NCBI GenBank assembly: GCA_023411575.1
Contig: JAEYOP010000049.1
Coordinates: 1-64,000 of the forward strand
Source of the DNA: Bacillota bacterium
Lineage (GTDB): Bacteria; Bacillota; Clostridia; Acetivibrionales; DTU013
Length of the DNA: 64,000 bases
Direction of reading: 5' to 3'
The position numbers and the translations under genes are program-made. A model generated the notes under the pieces. It ran no database searches, was not told where the DNA came from, and worked only from the letters and a program-made list of their open reading frames with translations. Every line of letters starts with the position of its first letter. Position 1 is the first letter of the stretch. This document shows, piece after piece, positions 58,568 to 64,000 of this stretch.

Positions 58568-60565
58568 CTAGATCATCCCGATCCATTCCGCGTGACTGCC
58601 GTCCCGCAGAAATGCCGGGATGACGTCCAGCGGCGCCGCCGCCGACACAGCCCTTCCGCCGGCATACACCTTGCCGTCGTGCAGGCTGGTCCAGGCTGCG
58701 CCTTCCGGGAGGTACACCTCCCTGCTGCACGCGCCTTCATACACTACCGGCGCGACAAGGATGTCGCCGCCGTACATGTATTGATCCTTCAGCGTCCAGC
58801 AGACGGGATCCTCCGGGAATTCATAGAACATGGCCCGCATAACGGGCGTCCCTTTTTCATGAGCCTGGCGCATAAGCTCGCGAGTATACGGGCGCATGGC
58901 TTCGCGCAGCTTCATGTATTTTACGAGAATCTCATAGGTTTCCTGTCCATAGCTCCATACTTCGTTGTCGCCTCCGGTGAACAGCGCCGGACGCCCGTTC
59001 TTCCCGTAAAGCATGGTCGTCGGCTTGCGGTCCCCATGCAGGCGCATGACCGGACAGAAGGCGCCGTACTGGAACCAGCGGACCAGAAGCTTCCGGAAGC
59101 CTTCGTCCTCCGGGTCGCCGCCGCCGAAGCCGCCGATGTCCGTCGTCCACCAGGGAATGCCGCAGAGGCCCATATGGAGTCCCGCGCAGATCTGCTTCCG
59201 GAAATCCGCATAATCGGAATGGATGTCTCCCGACCATACAAGCGCGCCGTACCGCTGGCTTCCCGCCCAGGCGCAGCGGACCAGGTTGACGATATCCCGC
59301 TGTCCTTCGTTTTCCATCCCTTCGTAAAAAGTTCTGGAATAAAGCTGCGGATAAATGTTTCCGACTTGGACATTCGGTCCGGCATAATACCGGTAATTGT
59401 CGAAATCGTACACAGTGTATTCCGGTTCCGCCTCGTCGAGCCAGAACAGCTTGATGCCGTGGTCATAGTAGTTTTTCCTGCATTTGTCCCAGACATAGCG
59501 CCTGGCGGCGGGGTTCGTGGCGTCGTAGAAAACGCTGTCCCCGCCGAACTGCATGCAGATGTTGACGCCCATTTCCGGTTTGACCAGCAGGCCGTTTTGC
59601 TTCATCTCGTTGAAATTTTCGCTTTGCAGGTCGATCTGGGGCCAGACGGACACCATCAACTCCATGCCCAACTGCTTCAGTTCCTCCGCCATGGCCCGCG
59701 GGTCGGGGAAGAATTCCTCGTCGAAGCGGAAATCGCCCATTTTCGGCCAGTGGAAGAAATCGCATACGATCACGTCGACGGGCAGGCCGCGGCGCTTATA
59801 CTCCCTTGCGACCTCCAGCAGCTGCTCCTGGTTGTAGTAGCGCAGCTTGCACTGCCAGAAGCCCAGGCCGTACTCCGGCATCATGGGGACCGTTCCGGTC
59901 ACGCTTGCATAGGCCTCTTCGATTTCCGCAGGCGTATCGCCCGCCGTGATCCAGTAATCCAACTGCTTGGTGCTTTCAGCATGCCACTCCGTCCGGTTTT
60001 TGCAAAAGCTGGCGCTTCCGATAGCCGGGTTGTGCCACAGAAAGCCGTAGCCGAGACTGGACAGCACAAAGGGGATGCTCGCCTGGGAATTCCGGTGGGA
60101 TAGCTCAAAGTTACAGTTTTTGATATCCAGGATTTCCTGCTGGTATTGTCCCATGCCGTACAGCTTTTCCGTTTCATCGGACTCAAAAGTGACGGTCAGC
60201 TTGTAATCTCCTCCAATGATGGGCTTGAATTTCCTCGCGTGCAGGTTCAGCGCGCCATGGTGGTCGATTTCCTGCAGCAGCAGCCGGCCTTTTTGATTGT
60301 AAAAACGGATCCTGCCGTTTTTGGTCCAGCTATTTTCCTCGATCACGGCTTCTATTTTTCCGTTCCGGATTACCGCTTTGCCGTCTTCGATCCGGATATC
60401 CGCGCTGCCGCAGCCGGCCGGCAATAGGGCGAAATCGGTGTCCATGATATCACCCATCATCCGCGAACGCACCCGGAAGCTGTTTGCGCCCCAGGGCTCG
60501 ATCACGAGCTTTTCCCCGTTATATTGCCAGATGAGTTTGTTGCCTTCCTGACAGAATATGCCCAT
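58568..60565 (-). CDS. GH31 glycoside hydrolase (alpha-xylosidase/alpha-glucosidase, YicI-like)
   Basis: 665 aa. GH31 catalytic region blocks (nucleophile region KLFWLDEAEPE, acid/base region WSGDIHSDY). RBS GGAGGAAAG. Confidence 0.8.
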   Translation of the reverse strand: MGIFCQEGNKLIWQYNGEKLVIEPWGANSFRVRSRMMGDIMDTDFALLPAGCGSADIRIEDGKAVIRNGKIEAVIEENSWTKNGRIRFYNQKGRLLLQEIDHHGALNLHARKFKPIIGGDYKLTVTFESDETEKLYGMGQYQQEILDIKNCNFELSHRNSQASIPFVLSSLGYGFLWHNPAIGSASFCKNRTEWHAESTKQLDYWITAGDTPAEIEEAYASVTGTVPMMPEYGLGFWQCKLRYYNQEQLLEVAREYKRRGLPVDVIVCDFFHWPKMGDFRFDEEFFPDPRAMAEELKQLGMELMVSVWPQIDLQSENFNEMKQNGLLVKPEMGVNICMQFGGDSVFYDATNPAARRYVWDKCRKNYYDHGIKLFWLDEAEPEYTVYDFDNYRYYAGPNVQVGNIYPQLYSRTFYEGMENEGQRDIVNLVRCAWAGSQRYGALVWSGDIHSDYADFRKQICAGLHMGLCGIPWWTTDIGGFGGGDPEDEGFRKLLVRWFQYGAFCPVMRLHGDRKPTTMLYGKNGRPALFTGGDNEVWSYGQETYEILVKYMKLREAMRPYTRELMRQAHEKGTPVMRAMFYEFPEDPVCWTLKDQYMYGGDILVAPVVYEGACSREVYLPEGAAWTSLHDGKVYAGGRAVSAAAPLDVIPAFLRDGSHAEWIGMI

Positions 60566-60733
60566 TGGTCTTTCCTCCGCTTTCTTATAAAAATGTTGCT
60601 TTCCTTTGCTAATTTTGTGATAATACGATTATACTGCGTAAAATGCGGAATATCTCATATTATGTTGCTATAAAATAACAAAATGTTGCTTGCTTGAAAA
60701 ATAAAAGAGCGGCAGGAAACGGAGGGAGCCCCA

Positions 60734-61636
60734 ATGATACAGGAGCGGGCCAATCTGAAGGAAAGAGCGATCCACGGGTCCGCGGATTTTCCGCTGTGCG
60801 TCTACAGAAGCCGGCCGAACCAGGACGAAAGCATTCTCTTCTGCCATTGGCACGACGAGGTTGAAATCATGTATCTGGCCTCCGGAAGCGCGACGTTCTA
60901 TCTGGATACGGTTCCGGTGGAAATAGGGGAGGGGGAAGCGGTGATCATCAACAGCGGCACAATCCACTCCGGCACCTCGGCGGATTTTCAAAACTGTGTT
61001 TTCTATGCGGTCGTGTTTGATTTCACCATGCTTTTCAACAACAAAGCAGGGGACAGCCTGGGCAAATACCTTGTTCCGGTTCATAACGGCCAGTACAGGC
61101 TCCCGGTAAAGCTGAGCAGGGAAGGGGAGCAGGACAGGGAAATCCTGCAGCAGGTCCGAAACATCGTCGATGCTTACATCAATCGCAAACCGGCTTATCC
61201 GTTAACCATCCTGTCGTCCCTTTACGCCATTCTGGGCGGACTGATTGCCCAGGACCGCCTCACCGCTGTCGGGATCGTAAAAACCGAAGCTTCCCACTCC
61301 CGGCTGGCACAGTTTAAAGCCGTGCTTGCCTTTATTGAAGAAAATTACAGCCAAAAAATAGGCATCCGGGAAATGGCGGACCATATCAACATGAGTCCGT
61401 ATCATTTTTGCCGTTTTTTCAAAACCATGTCGGGGAAGACCCCCTTCGAGTACCTGATAGGATATCGGATCCACCAGGCGGAGCTGCTTTTGAAGGATCC
61501 CTCCCGAAAGATCATCGATATCGCCCTGGAGGTTGGCTTCAACAATATCAGTTACTTTATCAAAAGCTTCCGGGAATACAAAAAAATGACGCCGGCAAAA
61601 TACCGTTCCGGTGAAATAGGGTCGGAAGCCAGATAA
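60734..61636 (+). CDS. AraC-family transcriptional regulator (cupin plus HTH)
   Basis: HTH block ...IREMADHINMSPYHFCRFFKTMSGKTPFEYLIGYRIHQAELLL...ISYFIKSFREYKKMTPAKYR. RBS GGAGGGAG. Confidence 0.8.
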   Translation: MIQERANLKERAIHGSADFPLCVYRSRPNQDESILFCHWHDEVEIMYLASGSATFYLDTVPVEIGEGEAVIINSGTIHSGTSADFQNCVFYAVVFDFTMLFNNKAGDSLGKYLVPVHNGQYRLPVKLSREGEQDREILQQVRNIVDAYINRKPAYPLTILSSLYAILGGLIAQDRLTAVGIVKTEASHSRLAQFKAVLAFIEENYSQKIGIREMADHINMSPYHFCRFFKTMSGKTPFEYLIGYRIHQAELLLKDPSRKIIDIALEVGFNNISYFIKSFREYKKMTPAKYRSGEIGSEAR

Positions 61637-61756
61637 GAAAAAGCCGGCCGGTACGCCTTTAATATGCTGCTTTGCGCACCGGCCGGCTTTTTCACGGGAT
61701 ACCCTGATCCCTGTGGGAAGCCTTATAGTGAGAAGACCTATAGTATCAGAAGTCTT

Positions 61757-63283
<1,527 letters not shown>

Positions 63284-63442
63284 TTAATGGTTAATAAATT
63301 TACTAACAAAATAATACCGCTTTTCCGGACGCAAGTCAATTATCAAAATAGATTTTATAGCGCGAATTAGCAGGATTTATTCGCTCTTTACACAACCGTC
63401 GGACTGATTTATAATTATATTAATAAGAAGGAGAGCACAGGA

Positions 63443-64000
63443 ATGAAAATAGCTGTTTCGGAAAAGTATTTACCCGTTTATGAAGCCCTTGCCAGCGATA
63501 TCCGCATCAAAATCATCCACCTGCTGGCGGAAAAGTCCATGAACATCAAGGAGATCGCGGAAAAGCTCGGCTTGAGCAGCGCAATTCTCACCATGCATGT
63601 GCAGAAGCTGGAAAAGGCGGGGCTGGTCTGGTCCGAGCGGGTTCAGTCCAACCGCTCGAATTTCAAGGTATGCCATCTGAACGTGGAGTCCATCGAGATC
63701 GAATTCCCCCAGAAGGCCCGAAAAAGTGTCCAGTTTCATGAATTCGTGCTGCCGGTGGGCCATTACACCGATTTCGACGTAACGCCGACCTGCGGCCTGG
63801 CTACGGCGGAGAAGCTGATCGGGTACTACGACGATCCCCGGTATTTCCTCGACCCGGAACGGGTCAATGCCAGAATCCTTTGGTTTACAAAAGGCTTTGT
63901 AGAATACAGGGTGCCCAATTACCTGCTGTCCAACCAGGAGCCGGCGGCGCTGGAGATTTCCATGGAGCTCGGCTCGGAGGCGCCCGGCGTGAACAACAAC
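63443..64000 (+). CDS. ArsR/SmtB-type winged-HTH regulator-like protein (3' end outside the window)
   Basis: RBS AAGGAGAG 7 nt before the ATG. HTH DIRIKIIHLLAEKSMNIKEIAEKLGLSSAILTMHVQKLEKAGLV. The ORF runs in frame to the window end, so it is absent from the track. Confidence 0.5.
   Translation, partial: MKIAVSEKYLPVYEALASDIRIKIIHLLAEKSMNIKEIAEKLGLSSAILTMHVQKLEKAGLVWSERVQSNRSNFKVCHLNVESIEIEFPQKARKSVQFHEFVLPVGHYTDFDVTPTCGLATAEKLIGYYDDPRYFLDPERVNARILWFTKGFVEYRVPNYLLSNQEPAALEISMELGSEAPGVNNN

Noticed and set aside
48805-60103. Other long antisense ORFs (48805-50532, 51560-52450, 55108-56376, 58442-60103)
   Set aside because: Each is opposite a motif-supported gene (histidine kinases, SBP, GH31) and lacks RBS or domain evidence.

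Overview
This is a GC-rich (~57%) window with the architecture of a saccharolytic Firmicute (Clostridia/Paenibacillus-type). Almost all of it is hemicellulose-utilisation genes. These comprise glycoside hydrolases (GH8 Rex-like, GH67 alpha-glucuronidase, GH127, a GH43-like gene, GH2, GH31, GH51, plus one unassigned GH-A-clan enzyme), an SASA/DUF303 acetylesterase, mannose-6-phosphate isomerase and a fructokinase. There are four CUT1-type ABC sugar transporters: three whose solute-binding proteins carry an N-terminal Big_2 Ig-like domain and one with a lipoprotein SBP. Regulators are unusually dense: a LacI, five cupin-AraC regulators, two YesM/YesN-type kinase/AraC-response-regulator pairs, and two membrane-anchored one-component AraC regulators. 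Three things stand out:

- **Corrinoid methyltransferase module.** Two MtaA/CmuA (URO-D) family methyltransferases, a B12-binding corrinoid protein and a PocR-AraC regulator sit between the GH67/acetylesterase genes and the arabinofuranosidase genes. I propose a sugar O-demethylase, for example acting on 4-O-methyl-glucuronate.
- **Structured ORF-free region.** A ~1.1 kb region contains tRNA-like fragments and a 38-aa small ORF, lying upstream of a translationally coupled SPFH-RtcB pair.
- **Phd/YefM-Uma2 fusion gene.** It is bounded by a 21-bp perfect inverted repeat derived from the 3' end of a permease gene.

Many long antisense ORFs in the six-frame track (up to 996 aa) are GC-driven artefacts. 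Product assignments rest on motifs I recognise by eye, not on searches.
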